From Eledone cirrhosa (taxonomy: Eukaryota), in NCBI GenBank assembly GCA_964016885.1, contig OZ024740.1, forward strand, positions 300,328,001-300,392,000: 64,000 nt of DNA, given 5' to 3'. The translations under genes and the position numbers were made by a program. Below the pieces are notes generated by a model. The model saw only the letters and a list, made by a program, of their open reading frames with translations, ran no database searches and was not told the origin of the DNA. Of this stretch, positions 28,893 through 41,989 are shown piece by piece. Each line of letters starts with the position of its first letter. The first letter of the stretch is position 1.

Positions 28893-30010
28893 AATTCCTA
28901 TTTCTTAATCGGCCACAAGGGCCAAAACATAAAGTGCAATGCAAACGATCAGTGACAGGGGATTTACATAAGGATGTATAAAAAAAAAAAAAACAGGTAA
29001 CAATTAACAATAAGTTAATAACAAGAATATTCCCCAATATGGGGACACACCAGCCATAGATAGTTTAGGAGACCCACATAATGTAAAATCATTCTGATAT
29101 CCATCTACGCTGCAGCAAAGTGCCAATCACCACTCTGAACTCTGCAGTTTACATACATATGCTTAGAGCAGGCTTATTCACTCTGGTCATTCTCGCTCAA
29201 TTTAAATACTTCTTAAGAAATATGTACGGCAGCAATTCCTTCTACACCCTCACTTTACTCTCCAAGTGGAACTTGAAAAAGAAAATGATGCCTTGATCGA
29301 AGAGAAATGTATGTCTTGAGCTCTTTCAGATGCGTCAGCAGCACAACTTCTTTGTTGAAAGCCACCAATCGATGGCGGTGGGGCGATATTCAAGATGAAA
29401 TCGGCCGATAACCGGATCCGTCCCGTATGTCACATTAGCGATGTGACAAAAAATCCACAGATTGGCAATGCACTGGCACTGGATGAGTGCGTGCAGAACT
29501 ATTCCATTGATCTGCGCTCATATCGGACCCATCAGTCTGATAGCATTCACATATCTCAAGACTTCGTCTCAGACTAGCATTTATAATGGCAGCATTGCCC
29601 GATTTTTAGAGGGCTGTTAGCGTCTGACAACGTTCCATATGCGAGGCGCTAAGTCATATTACCTTGATCCAACCCAGCAGCTCATTGAAAGAAAAGAGCT
29701 GCGTAATTCGTCTCATAAAGGCCAACCACGCCTTTTCACTGCTAAAGAATATATTTAAATGCATCAGCATATATCTGCGCGTATTTAACCACGGCATGCC
29801 GAACCATCCATCGTGTTGTAATGGTGTTGGTACTAGAGAGACCAGCTCACGTGTAGAACCGGTGCTTTCCATAAGAAGTGGGAGAAGATTCCCTTGTGAG
29901 GCTCAAACTGGGGCAAGGCATGGCAGTCAGCCGGTAATATTTGACAAAGGCAATGTACGCATACATCACCTGTGCCCAAACCTTCGAGGATAGCTTTCTG
30001 GCGGACAATT
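28893..30010 (-). mobile_element. Degenerate Tx1/L1-like LINE 3' fragment
   Basis: ORF 29654..29872 (PLQHDGWFGMPWLNTRRYMLMHL) aligns with the 63460 region (PGMPWLMMRRHALRLRHL), and the 3' terminus cccttgtgg..aagaaa is similar. Confidence 0.75.
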
Positions 30011-30044
30011 TCTGACTGACCACACTATGAGGCTAGTAATGCTT

Positions 30045-30990
30045 TCCGATTAAGGCACAAAACTGACAAAATTGAGGGAGGGGAAAGTCGATTAAATCAA
30101 CCCCAGTGAGTTACCGGTATATTATTCTATCAACCCCATTGGTTGAATGGCAAATCTAACTTTGGTGGGGATGGAACTTAGAACGTACAGCGGCCGTAAT
30201 TCTATATCGCAAAGCATGTTGTCCGACACTCTACCAATACTACTAATACACCCCCCTTAAAATTGATGGTTTCTGAATTGTACACAAGGCCAATGATTTA
30301 GGGAGATGTGAACGTTGATTGAATCGACTCAGGTGTGTTAATGACAATATATTTTAATGATCCTGCAAGGATGTACGGCAAAACAAACCACGAGGGGATT
30401 ACAAGAGAAAGTAAAGGGATGTGACTGTATACCGCAAGACATACGGTTCGACATTCGTTCGATAGTACCAATAATAATTGTTTCTGCTTTTGGCACAAGG
30501 CCAGCAATGATTGCAGTGTATTATTAGTGCTTTAAAAGGCGGTGGATTGGCAGTATTGGTAGAGAGTCGGACGCCATGCTTTCTAGCAGTGTTACGTCCC
30601 TTTATATTCTGAGTTCAAATCCCGCCGAGGTTAACTTTGCCTTTCATCCTTACGGGGTCGATAAAATAAAGTACCAGTAATGCACTGGGTAATTGCTGGC
30701 CTTGTGCCTAAAGTAGAACAATTATTAGTGCTTTATTTTATCGACCTGTTAATGATGAAAGGCGAAGTTAACCACGGCAGTACGGGATTAGAACTCAGGC
30801 CATAAAGGACCGTAAATCTAAGCTGCAATGCATGGCGTCCGACCCTCTAATGATACTACCGGCTAATAACAATAATTGTTTCTACTTTAGGCACAAGGCC
30901 AGCAATTACCCAGTGCATTACTGGTACTTTATTTTATCGACCCCGTAAGGATGTAAGGCAAAGTCAACCTCGGCGGGATTTGAACTCAGA
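30045..30990. mobile_element. Nested SINE family A cluster
   Basis: Diverged minus copies lie at 30045-30465. A minus copy at 30472-30862 is split by a young plus copy at 30536-30727 (TSD attattagtgcttta), and another minus copy lies at 30871-30990. Confidence 0.88.
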
Positions 30991-31651
30991 ATAATAATCT
31001 GTAGGAGTGGAGGGTGAGTAGAACATTGATGATACCTAATATAGGCTTCAGATCAGATTATATAACTGGGATAATGAAATGCTTCGAATCAACTACCTGA
31101 ATGATTATCAATGTTATTGACAGCCAGAAGGTTAAAAAGCAAAGGTGATGTCCACGACATTTACTTTATAATATATGGTAACACAAGAAACTACTGGCGG
31201 CATTATATCTGATTCTGACGGATAATAATGAAAATATAATTATAGGGACGAAAGTGTATATGCACGTAAATATATGAAAGGTCATAGACATACAAGCAAA
31301 TGTATTTATATCTTCGAATTAGTATGATCAAGAAGGAGAATATGAATGCTGCTAGTATGTTATACGCTAAATAGCCAGCGCGTTTAGAAATGTAAGATTT
31401 TCAGGGAGAATTTTAAAAGTGTAGAAATAAATTATAATAATCATTACGCATGCATTTTACATGTGATTATATTTAATGATTTTACATATGTGATTGCATG
31501 AGATTACTATTACAAAGCCTTACGTATTCTACATGTGTTGATTGGACGTCTAATTCAATTGTTCGCACTTAGCTACACATTCAGTCATACATTCATACAC
31601 ACACGCAAACACACAAACACACACATATATATATATACATATATATATATA

Positions 31652-31704
<53 letters not shown>

Positions 31705-31744
31705 GATATTAAACAAATGGAAACTATATTTATAAAACCATATT

Positions 31745-31810
31745 TATTTCATTATACATATTTCAGGGATACCATATTAAAAATATGGCATGCCTTCGTC
31801 AGATAAAATA
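31745..31810 (-). ncRNA. Type I hammerhead motif
   Basis: TATTTTAT-CTGACGA-AGGCATGCCAT attttta ATGGTATATCCCT-GAAAT atgt ATA-ATGAAATA. It belongs to the same family as 36543-36850. Confidence 0.75.
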
Positions 31811-31907
31811 CAATATATAAACAGTTTTATAAATAATTTTGACGTACCATAAATATAAGCGGCCATTAAGGTAGGGAGCTGGCTTGGTAGTCATATATAT
31901 ATATAAA

Positions 31908-31938
<31 letters not shown>

Positions 31939-32703
31939 CCCTTAAAGCGATGAAATGCCGGGGACGGTTGGAGGGTCACTGATGAAGGACTCACTTTTTC
32001 ATATGTATCCCATTTGCAACGCCGCAGCTCCATTATTATCATCATATTTACACATATAACTTTTCCATGCTGCCTTCGTCTGTTTCGTTCCTTGTATATT
32101 TACCACTTCTAGCAGTCTCCCTCTCTGTTACCCTCTCCTCAACTTTCACTCACTCATTCTCTGTCACTGCCTCTCCTCCTCCTTCAAGTTTGACGTGTGT
32201 GTAATTCTTTTCTCGCGCAGTCTTGACCGAGCTGGTATGGATTTTTTTCTCTCTCTCTTTCGTCTGCGACTTCACAAAACTTGCGTTTACCGAATTCGTA
32301 GACCAGACCCCCTTATCTTCTTCTTCTTCTTCTTCTTCTTCTTCTTCTTCTTCTTCTTCTTCTTCTTCTTCTTCTTCTTCCTCTTCTCTCTCTCTCTCTT
32401 TTTTCCCCCCCGTCAAACTTGGGCGAAATTCTTTCCTTGCTCACATTTCAACCAGGTCTGATGGTCTTTCGTCTCTTGTTCACGATTTCACAGAGTTTAT
32501 ATTCATAGAGATTTGGGACTTGTCTATTTCTACTCACTTTCCGTTGCTTAAACCTTTTTGTTGTTACTCTAGCGTCCCCCTTTATTTACGTGTCCCAACG
32601 ACTTTTTTTAGCCGTTGTTCGCACCAACGTGAGGCATATGGCCCTTAAAGCGATGAAATGCCGAGGACGGTTGGAGGGTCACTGATGAAGGACTCACTTT
32701 TTC

Positions 32704-32711
<8 letters not shown>
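31939..32711. mobile_element. Non-coding element bounded by 70-bp direct repeats, inserted in (TA)n
   Basis: 31939-32008 matches 32642-32711 with 1 mismatch. The repeat contains CTGATGAAGG, there is an internal (TTC)n, and (TA)n lies on both sides. Confidence 0.8.
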
Positions 32712-32751
<40 letters not shown>

Positions 32752-32761
32752 CTGAGCTATT

Positions 32762-33067
32762 AAAACACGATTTAAATAATCACCTGTTCTATTGCTGTTA
32801 CCAACGGTTTCATCATTCCAAAAGATTGGAAATCCAGAGAATTTCCAATGGAAAGAAATGAATCTTCAGACAGCTTATTTCCATAATATAAGGTTGGGCA
32901 GGAAGTGAAATATTTACTTACTATGGGGCTGGCAACCTTATAGTGTGGAAATAAGCTGTCTGAAGATTCATTTATTTCCATTGGAAATTCTCGGGATTTC
33001 CAATCTTTTGGAATGATGAAACCGTCGGTAACAGAAATAGAACAGGTGATTATTTAAATCGTTTTTT
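32762..33067. repeat. Fold-back element, ~135-bp arms, each carrying a hammerhead
   Basis: 32762-32897 is the reverse complement of about 32933-33067. Confidence 0.92.
32956..33034 (+). ncRNA. Type I hammerhead ribozyme with extended stem II (mirror copy on the minus strand at 32795-32873)
   Basis: CTGT-CTGAAGA-TTCATT..ATTGGAAATTC tcg GGATTTCCAAT..AATGAT-GAAACC gtc GGTA^ACAG. Confidence 0.82.
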
Positions 33068-33215
33068 TAATTTATTTAGAGAATTGTTTGATAACCGCTT
33101 GCTCAGCTATTTTTATATTGTTCTGGTATCTCGAATTAGTACCATTGAACAACAAATATTATAAACACCTTGTATATTTCTACAAGTACATAGTGCCTGT
33201 TGAAGTATTCATCCA

Positions 33216-33272
<57 letters not shown>

Positions 33273-33273
<1 letters not shown>

Positions 33274-33600
33274 GAAATGGCAGGAGGCTGGATTTGTGTA
33301 AATCCTTGAAAGGTTTATTATACTATGATCATTTCAATGACCGGGTTCCGTATGAATCCGGTGATATCTTCAGGTATTCGAAATATAATACGTGAATGTA
33401 ATAGATAAAATTCATGGGGCTGAAAATCGAGGACCCGAGGGCGACCGCTATTCTGTTCCTTCAACCTCAGCCGGTCGCCCTGGAGTGACGTGGCTAAAGT
33501 TTATAGTATGCTACAGCCGGTCAGATGTTGAAGGAACAGAATTGCGGTCGCCCTCGGGTCCTCGATTTTCAGCCCCATGGATTTTATCTATTACATTGCG
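33273..33600. mobile_element. HHR-bearing element with internal ~80-bp inversion
   Basis: Homologous to 9850-10100. 33396-33474 is inverted at 33518-33597, and (TA)n lies on both sides. Confidence 0.85.
33320..33377 (-). ncRNA. Type I hammerhead motif
   Basis: ATAC-CTGAAGA-tatcACCGGATTC atacg GAACCCGGTcatt-GAAAT GATC ATA^GTAT. It differs from the 9896 copy at the variable N of CUGANGA. Confidence 0.8.
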
Positions 33601-33649
33601 ATTGACCATACGGAATAGACCAGCTCTATACAGTGGTGAACCTCAAACC

Positions 33650-33708
<59 letters not shown>

Positions 33709-34358
33709 ATAATAATAAAATTTGTTAGTTTCAGAAGATCCCGTTAAGGGTGAAAGCAGCGATTCTTTGCTTAAACTTTAATCTGTTATTTTAATATATA
33801 TATATATATATATGTAGTAAGGTTGCTTGGATGCGTCCGAAGGCCGTATAGCTCTCTATATATATATGAATATGATCAAATGTTAATAAGGTTCATGGAT
33901 TACTCAATGATTATAGTTTTACAATAGATTCAAAACACTCAACAAAGAGGTTTTCTGGAGTTATCAATAATTTTCAAAATATAAAAAAATGAAGACGTTC
34001 ACATAATCAAAATATATGTTTTATTATATATATTTCGGAGGTACTGTGCTGTTTTTTCAGTACGTCCTTATCAGATAAAATACATAAATTGATACCTCAA
34101 CTGTCTTGATTGTTTAATTCATGTCTTGGCAGTGATTTATTACAACAAAACTCTATGCTTATATACCACAAGAAGGAATAACATGACAAACTAAATATGA
34201 TGAAGAGAGGGATATGGAGCGAGATATAAGTATCAAGAGAGGGTGAGTATGAGAAAATATAGAAGAAATAAATAAACACATGAGTACATAAATGTTAAAA
34301 TATTTAAATATTCATGTTAGAGAAGAAACAGAAGAAAGAGAGAGAGAGAGAGAGAGAT

Positions 34359-34393
<35 letters not shown>

Positions 34394-34496
34394 GAGTGCT
34401 AAATAGAAGAAAGGAGGGAAAGAAAAAAAGATGAAGATAAAAAGAATGAGGGAGAGGGAGATAAAAGCGAGGATGGAATACATAACTGCAAGAGGA

Positions 34497-34552
<56 letters not shown>

Positions 34553-35138
34553 AGAAAGGGAGGTGATTCGTGACAGTTGTTTTAAAATATTAAGTCAGGT
34601 AGAAGCGACCAATTAAATACCGTTAAAATTATTACTATCTATTGTATTATACATCATTTAAATTTAGAAAAAAAACACTGAATGAGTGAAAACATATTGA
34701 CTGTTATTAATAATTCTTGAAATGCTACCGTTGTTATTATATATAATGTTTTACCTTACCTTATAACATTGCATATTGGCTCTTTAATATGGTAAGTTAA
34801 TCTCATGATTGACTAAAAACCTTTAGTTCGGTTTTAGAATCGTCTTTGTATAACTTTAATTTTCTAAATTTGTGATTTGAAATAACTCCTGGCTTTCAAA
34901 GCATTTAGCTAATTTAAAAGACCAGATATGTTGTACGGGGCTCATTTGTTTGCATATATCGTATGTAATTATCGTTTTTATCCAATTGAATTAATAATGT
35001 ATATTTAACATAATTTATACTGTAGCATGTAGTAGGATTAGGTTGATTCGAAATAATAATACGTTCAAGAGTATATATAACTATTAATTAATCCTATATG
35101 TAATTGACAACTAATGATTTAAACCGTTTGTAATGTTT

Positions 35139-35311
35139 ATAATTGTTTCTACTTTTGGCACAAGGCTAGCATTACTGGTACTTTATTTTATCGACCCCGT
35201 AAGGATGAAAGGCAAAGTTAACCTCGGCGTGATTTGAACTCAGAATGGCAAGGGCCGTAACTTTATGCGTCAAAGCATGGCGTCCGACCCTCTACCGATA
35301 CTGCCAGTCCA
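35139..35311 (-). mobile_element. SINE family A
   Basis: Reverse complement of the consensus, with TSD gtaatgtttataat. Confidence 0.9.
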
Positions 35312-35768
35312 GTAATGTTTATAATGTTAATAATTCTAAAAATTATATAAAATGCATATACAGATGGTGTTATGTGATTAAGTTATGATAAATATACTCA
35401 TACATATTTAGTAATTTGTAAACTTTATTTGTAGGATAAATGTTTCTGATTTTGAATTTTGTAAGAAAATATTGAATATATTTCTTAATTTAAATATAAT
35501 TCTGATTATCATTGAAAATATTTCATATTGTTTAATTTTGATTTAATATATTAGTATAATACAATAGATAGTAATCATTTTAACGGTATTTAATTGGTCG
35601 TTTCTACCTGACTTAATATTTAAAAACAACTGTCACGCATCACGTCTCTTTCTTCTTTCTTTCTTTCTTTCTTTCTTTCTTACCTGTTGCAGTTATGTAT
35701 TCCATCCTCTCTTTTATCCCTCCTTTTTATCTTCATCTCTTTTTCTCTCCCTCCTCTCTTCTATTTTG

Positions 35769-35822
<54 letters not shown>

Positions 35823-36081
35823 TGTTTCTTCTCTAACATGAATATTTAAATATTTTAACATTTATGTACTTATGTGTTTATTTATTTCTTCTATATTTTC
35901 TCATACTCACCTCCTATTGATACTTATATCTCGCTCCATATCCCTCTCTTCATCATATTTAGTTTGTCATGTTATTCCTTCTTGTGGTATATAAGCATAG
36001 AGTTTTGTTGTAATAAATCACTGCCAAGACTGGAATTAAACAATCAAGACAGTTGAGGTATGTCGTACATCAATTCATGTA

Positions 36082-36143
36082 TTTTATCTGATGAGGACGT
36101 ACTGAAAAAACACTACAGAACCTCCGAAATATATATAATAAAA
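36082..36143 (+). ncRNA. Type I hammerhead motif (mirror copy on the minus strand at 34019-34080)
   Basis: TTTTAT-CTGATGA-GGAcgtactg...cagaaccTCC-GAAAT ATAT ATA^ATAAAA. The mirror copy has CTGATAA but a perfect GTACTG/CAGTAC stem II. Confidence 0.8.
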
Positions 36144-36202
36144 CATATATTTTGATTATGAGAACGTCTTCATTTTTTAACATTTTGAATAATATATATT
36201 TA

Positions 36203-36263
<61 letters not shown>

Positions 36264-36542
36264 CTGCCTGAAGTCTATCTCGTCGGCGACTTTGGAATTC
36301 TGTCTTTCGTTTCGTATATTTATTTATAAAAAAAGAAAAAATTGTAAAAGTATCATCTGCAAAAAAATTCGTTTAGTGCGTTCTCTTTGTCGGTTTTTCT
36401 AATTCTATCACCCAACCAAATATATATATATATATATATATACATATGTGTGTAGAAGTTATATTTAATTTGTAGGGATACAATAACCAAATATTTTTAT
36501 AACTGATATAAAGCACTCAACAAATTATTGGAGTAAATATAC

Positions 36543-36979
<437 letters not shown>

Positions 36980-37987
36980 GGGGGGGACAAAATCACATCG
37001 TGTGTGATAAGGTTTAGAGACAGAGAGAATATAGACCGAGAGACAGAAACTAACTTGTACGTATATAGCATTGTATGAATGTATCTTGATGTAAAACTAT
37101 CTAGTTTGCCTGTATACATACATACATATATACATATATACATACATAAATACATGCATATATGTGTACGTATACATAAATATATACACGCACATACATA
37201 CGTTCATATATACATATATACATACATACACATACATTCATATCATTTATCATTTCTCTGTTCGATCTCTCGTTCTATGTGTATGTGATTGAGTGGGTCT
37301 CTGTACATATGTTTATATGTGAACGTGTATGTGTGTAAGATAGAGAAAGTGAGTGCTATTGTGCCTGTATCTGTATGTTTTTCATTGGCATAACTCCAAT
37401 TGAAAGTGATAGACCTTCCTAGAAACTGCGAATAGTGCTTCGTATTTTCGTTGAGTCAAAATTTCTTTTGATATTAATTGACATAAAACTTTCTACCTTA
37501 ATGGTGTACGTCATTTCCGGAATGTTCTCATCCGTTCTACATTCGTTACCAAGTTCCGGTTAATTCTACCAATCACACCAACATTACCTAACGCAGACAT
37601 TATGCTTTCAATGTCCTCGTTTTCAGTGCGACCTCGTTTTCCTCTTTTGTTTTACTTGTACAATCTCTTTTTAGTTTCATCAGCGTTAATGTGTTAACGT
37701 TAAGTAAACATGCACTTCCGTTACACACTGCTTAAACACAATACACCGACATACACAGCCTTTATCTTCGTCTCTATTCTTTTAGTCTGTGTTATTCTAT
37801 GTATATCTCTTCCATCATACTATTTTCCTCGTATCTTTGTTTTTCTTTATCTATTTCCTTTCCCTTCTTATCAGCGAGCACGTTCAAACGCTTTCTATCT
37901 ATTCCCATGTATGTTTTTCTTTGCAGCTGGTAAGTACCTTTCTCTTACGATTTTTCTCTTTCGGTCTTACCTTGTTTCTCAATATTC

Positions 37988-38034
<47 letters not shown>

Positions 38035-38038
<4 letters not shown>

Positions 38039-38708
38039 GAAACACACAGATACATGCGGGGACACACATATATACATGAATGCATCCGCACCCAACTGTG
38101 AGTTAAGGGTGCCAACTTCACCGATGTTGCTCAATGAATGACTGGGACAGACCAATTCAGTTTGAACTAGACTGAACCAGTATCAGAGTTAAAAATACAT
38201 TATGAAGAGAGAAGAAACATTTAGATATAATTAGTAATAAAATGTATCATACCTACACTGTTCCTAAATTCCTCGACTACGTAGTTTCGTGGCATAAACA
38301 AAAACAATATATCAAAGATATAGAGTCCTTGCGAGGTCTGCCGACTTATCAAGAGGATACCTCATTTTACTAGTCTCAAGAACGCGTCTACACGACGTGA
38401 GAAAGAATCCCAAAAGGCGGAGGGGGAGATAGTCACGCGATATAACGGTCGAGAAACAGAGCTAAGCCTCTTATAACCACGAAGAAAATACCACGGAGGC
38501 GGAGGGGGTATTCATATCGAGGCCGCAGAAGAGGTAGTGAAGAAGGCGAGAAGTATGAGTAATGGAAGCTTTCCAGTTGTCCCCACACTTCAAAGATTGC
38601 TCGACCAGAGGGAGTTATTAATATATTTAGAAACACACAGATACATGCGGACACACACATATATACATGAATGCATCCGCACCCAACTGTGAGTTAAGGG
38701 TGCCAACT
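38035..38708. mobile_element. Non-coding element bounded by ~83-bp direct repeats in (TA)n, with internal hammerhead remnant
   Basis: 38035-38117 matches 38626-38708. Minus strand 38271-38356 reads CCTC-TTGATAA-GTCGGCA...TGCCAC-GAAAC TACGTA GTC-GAGG. Confidence 0.8.
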
Positions 38709-38714
38709 ATATAT

Positions 38715-38754
<40 letters not shown>

Positions 38755-38801
38755 TGTATATATATACATATATATATACAATATATATATATATACATTA
38801 A

Positions 38802-38857
<56 letters not shown>

Positions 38858-38859
38858 TT

Positions 38860-38953
<94 letters not shown>

Positions 38954-38959
38954 TTTATG

Positions 38960-39012
<53 letters not shown>

Positions 39013-39250
39013 CACATATATATATATATATATTGTATATATATATTGTATATATATATGTATATATATATACAATATATATATAATATATATATACAAT
39101 ATATATAATATATATATATACATATATATATATTTATATATATATATATGTGTGTGTGTGCGCGCATGTGTGTGCGTGTGTGTGTATGCGCATGCGTGTT
39201 TGGGTGTGCGTGAGTGTGTGTATGTGTGTGAATGTCTGTGTGTGAATGTC
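38709..39250. repeat. Long imperfect (TA)n then (TG)n microsatellite
   Basis: Directly visible. Confidence 0.95.
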
Positions 39251-39619
39251 TGTGTCTTTATTTTGATATTCATTTTGTTTTATTTTCTGCCAGCAGCTTC
39301 TTTTTGCATAACTCTCTTCCATCTATATAATCTATTCTCCCCCTCTCTCTTTCTTTCTCTCTCTTTCTCTCTTTCTTTCTCGCCTTCTCTCTTTCTCTCG
39401 GTCTATCAAACTACGACTATCGTCTCTCGTTTCTTTGTTTATATGTGAACGTAAACTAACGTAGATGTCTGTTGTAGCACCGAAGTAATGTACGAGAATG
39501 AACTAAAAAGTGTGTATGCTAACTACGAAGGAATAACGATAGAGCTCAGAAATCTTGCATGCATTAATTTCAACTCTTCTTATTAATAACTGATTTATGT
39601 CTTTTTAGGTAAACTGATA

Positions 39620-40640
39620 TCAGACAACAAAGAGAACCTCATTTATCTAGTAGCAAATTCTCTTGAAATTGGACAATATTTAACATCGTGATATTATGAA
39701 GCACCTGCAGGAAAAGGTTATAGCTCTCAAGGATTTTCATGCTACAATGGTTGCTACATTAGAAGATGAAGGTACTGAATTTAGGAGAAGAACGTTGAAT
39801 CTTGAAGATCACCCAAGGTCTGAACGTCCTGCAACTGCCACCACTGACTGAAACATTGATAATGTTCATCATATGTTGATGTATGACAGGCGATTCACTA
39901 TAATTCAAATAGCCAATGATATTAGCATATCCTGTGAGATAGTTAAGAACGGTCTGCATATAAACGTGGCACTAAGAAGTTTTCTGCTTAGTGTTTGTTA
40001 CATAACGGGAAATTCTGACATTGTTTGAGGCAGACACAGCTGCTATCCTGGAACGTTTCCTTACCCAGAATGGGAGTTTTGGATTCATCACTTTCAGCCA
40101 GAGGCAAAGTGACAATCTATGCAATAGAAACACCCCTCTATACCTGCTCCAAAGTAGGCCAAGGTCGTTTCATCTACAGGGAAGTTGATGGCTTCAGATT
40201 TTCGGAATGCAAAGTGCATTGTGTTTGCTGTTTATCTTCAAAAGAACCACACCATCAATGGAGAGCACTCATGCCAAATGGCTGAAATGATTACAAAAGG
40301 CTATTAAGACTAAATTCCCAGGAAAATTGACCAATAGTGTCTTGGTTCATCAGAACATTAATCAATTCCTTAGTTTTTATGGCTGTTGTATATATGGCTC
40401 TAGCTTTGAACTGGTTGATCACTCTCCCTATGTTCATGATTTTGCCCCATCTGACTATCATCTGTCCCGTAACATGAAACGACACTTGGCTGGGAACCAG
40501 TACCGCAGTGCTGATACCAGTATCTGCTGTTGTTGACGTTTATGACCAACAATGGAATCCAACCACTGCAGCTACGATGGAAGAAGTGTGTGGTCCACAA
40601 GGGGCACTATGCTGAAACATATATATCATTTGGTCACATT
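39620..40640 (+). mobile_element. Degenerate mariner transposase remnant
   Basis: LEDHPRSERPATATT (HTH linker) near 39802 and ELVDHSPYVHDFAPSDYHL (the HPPYSPDLAPSDYHLF motif) near 40410-40465, with many frameshifts. Confidence 0.85.
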
Positions 40641-40989
40641 CCATGAGAGTATCATGGTCAGTCACCCTTGTATTACTGCATTCCTTACATGGATTCCTCG
40701 GGCAGAAACTGTAAAATATATAAATACTAATATAGTTATACAAGATTATTTTTTTCGACATGATTTTTTATCTTGAAATTCGATATTGCTTTCCTTTATA
40801 ATGTGCTTTAAAAGGTAATCCAACACTGGATAATAAGTAAGTCACTTACAAGAGTGTTTTGTATTTTTGCGTAAAAATCTTTCATTCGCGCACAAATATG
40901 CGATGTTTTTAGTGCAAAAATGCATACAGACACATATAATCACTTCAATCTATATTTGATCTTTATTTTGCTGAGTATATTTATCCAGC

Positions 40990-41332
40990 ATAAAGTTACA
41001 GCCCTTTCCATTCTCAGTTCAAATCCCGCCGAGGTCAACTTTGCCTTTCATCCTTACGCGATCGATAAAATAAAGTACCAGTAATGTACTTGGTAATTGC
41101 TGGCCTTGTGCCAAAAGTAGAAACAATTATTACATTTGAATGGTGGTGGATTGGCAGTATCGGTAGAGGGTCGGACGCCATGCTTTCCAGCACAGAGGTC
41201 TAATTTATGGTCTAATTTCAAATCTCACCGAGGTTAATTTTGCCGTTGATCCTTACGGGGTAGATAAAATAAAGTACCAGTAATGTACTGGAGTGATTGC
41301 TGGCCTTGTGCCAAAAGTAGAAACAATTATTA
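40990..41332 (+). mobile_element. Two tandem SINE family A copies
   Basis: Copies at 40990-41132 and 41141-41332. The second is flanked by attatta(ca/tc)tttgaatggt. Confidence 0.9.
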
Positions 41333-41850
41333 TCTTTGAATGGTTTGAACAATAATAGCTTATTTTTATGACTGAATTACGCAGTCGAACTTTTTATATC
41401 CATTATTAAAAACCGCTTTTGGAGATGTATTTCTATATTTTTAAATGTATATTTGAACTACACACCTGCTCTTATTAACTCTATCAACTTTTGTAATGCT
41501 TATGATATATGTTTATTTCCTAAGCATGTTTCTCTAATGTTATCTTATTTTATTGCTATCTTTGTATCTTTTCTTATATAAATGTTGATACTTATGCTTA
41601 CTTCCATATTATGTATCCTCCCAATGTTCTTATGACAGACTTTTGATATTATATTTGTGTTTCAACCTTCATTATATACTTTGATGAATCCGTCCTTATG
41701 TTAGAATGCAAATATCGTAAGTGATTGAATATTTTAAACACTCTTTGATTATATTTATAAAGCATTTCGGTTCTGTAATATACTTCTTATTTTATATTGA
41801 GCTGTACTCATACTTGTAATTGCATAATATCTAATATTACTCGCATTATA

Positions 41851-41989
<139 letters not shown>

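Larger units (their letters stand above)
33970..36193. repeat. Large fold-back: ~650-680-bp inverted arms around ~900-bp spacer
   Basis: 33970-34651 is the reverse complement of about 35554-36193. ORFs 34097..34279(-) and 35874..36056(+) are near-identical mirror images. Confidence 0.92.
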
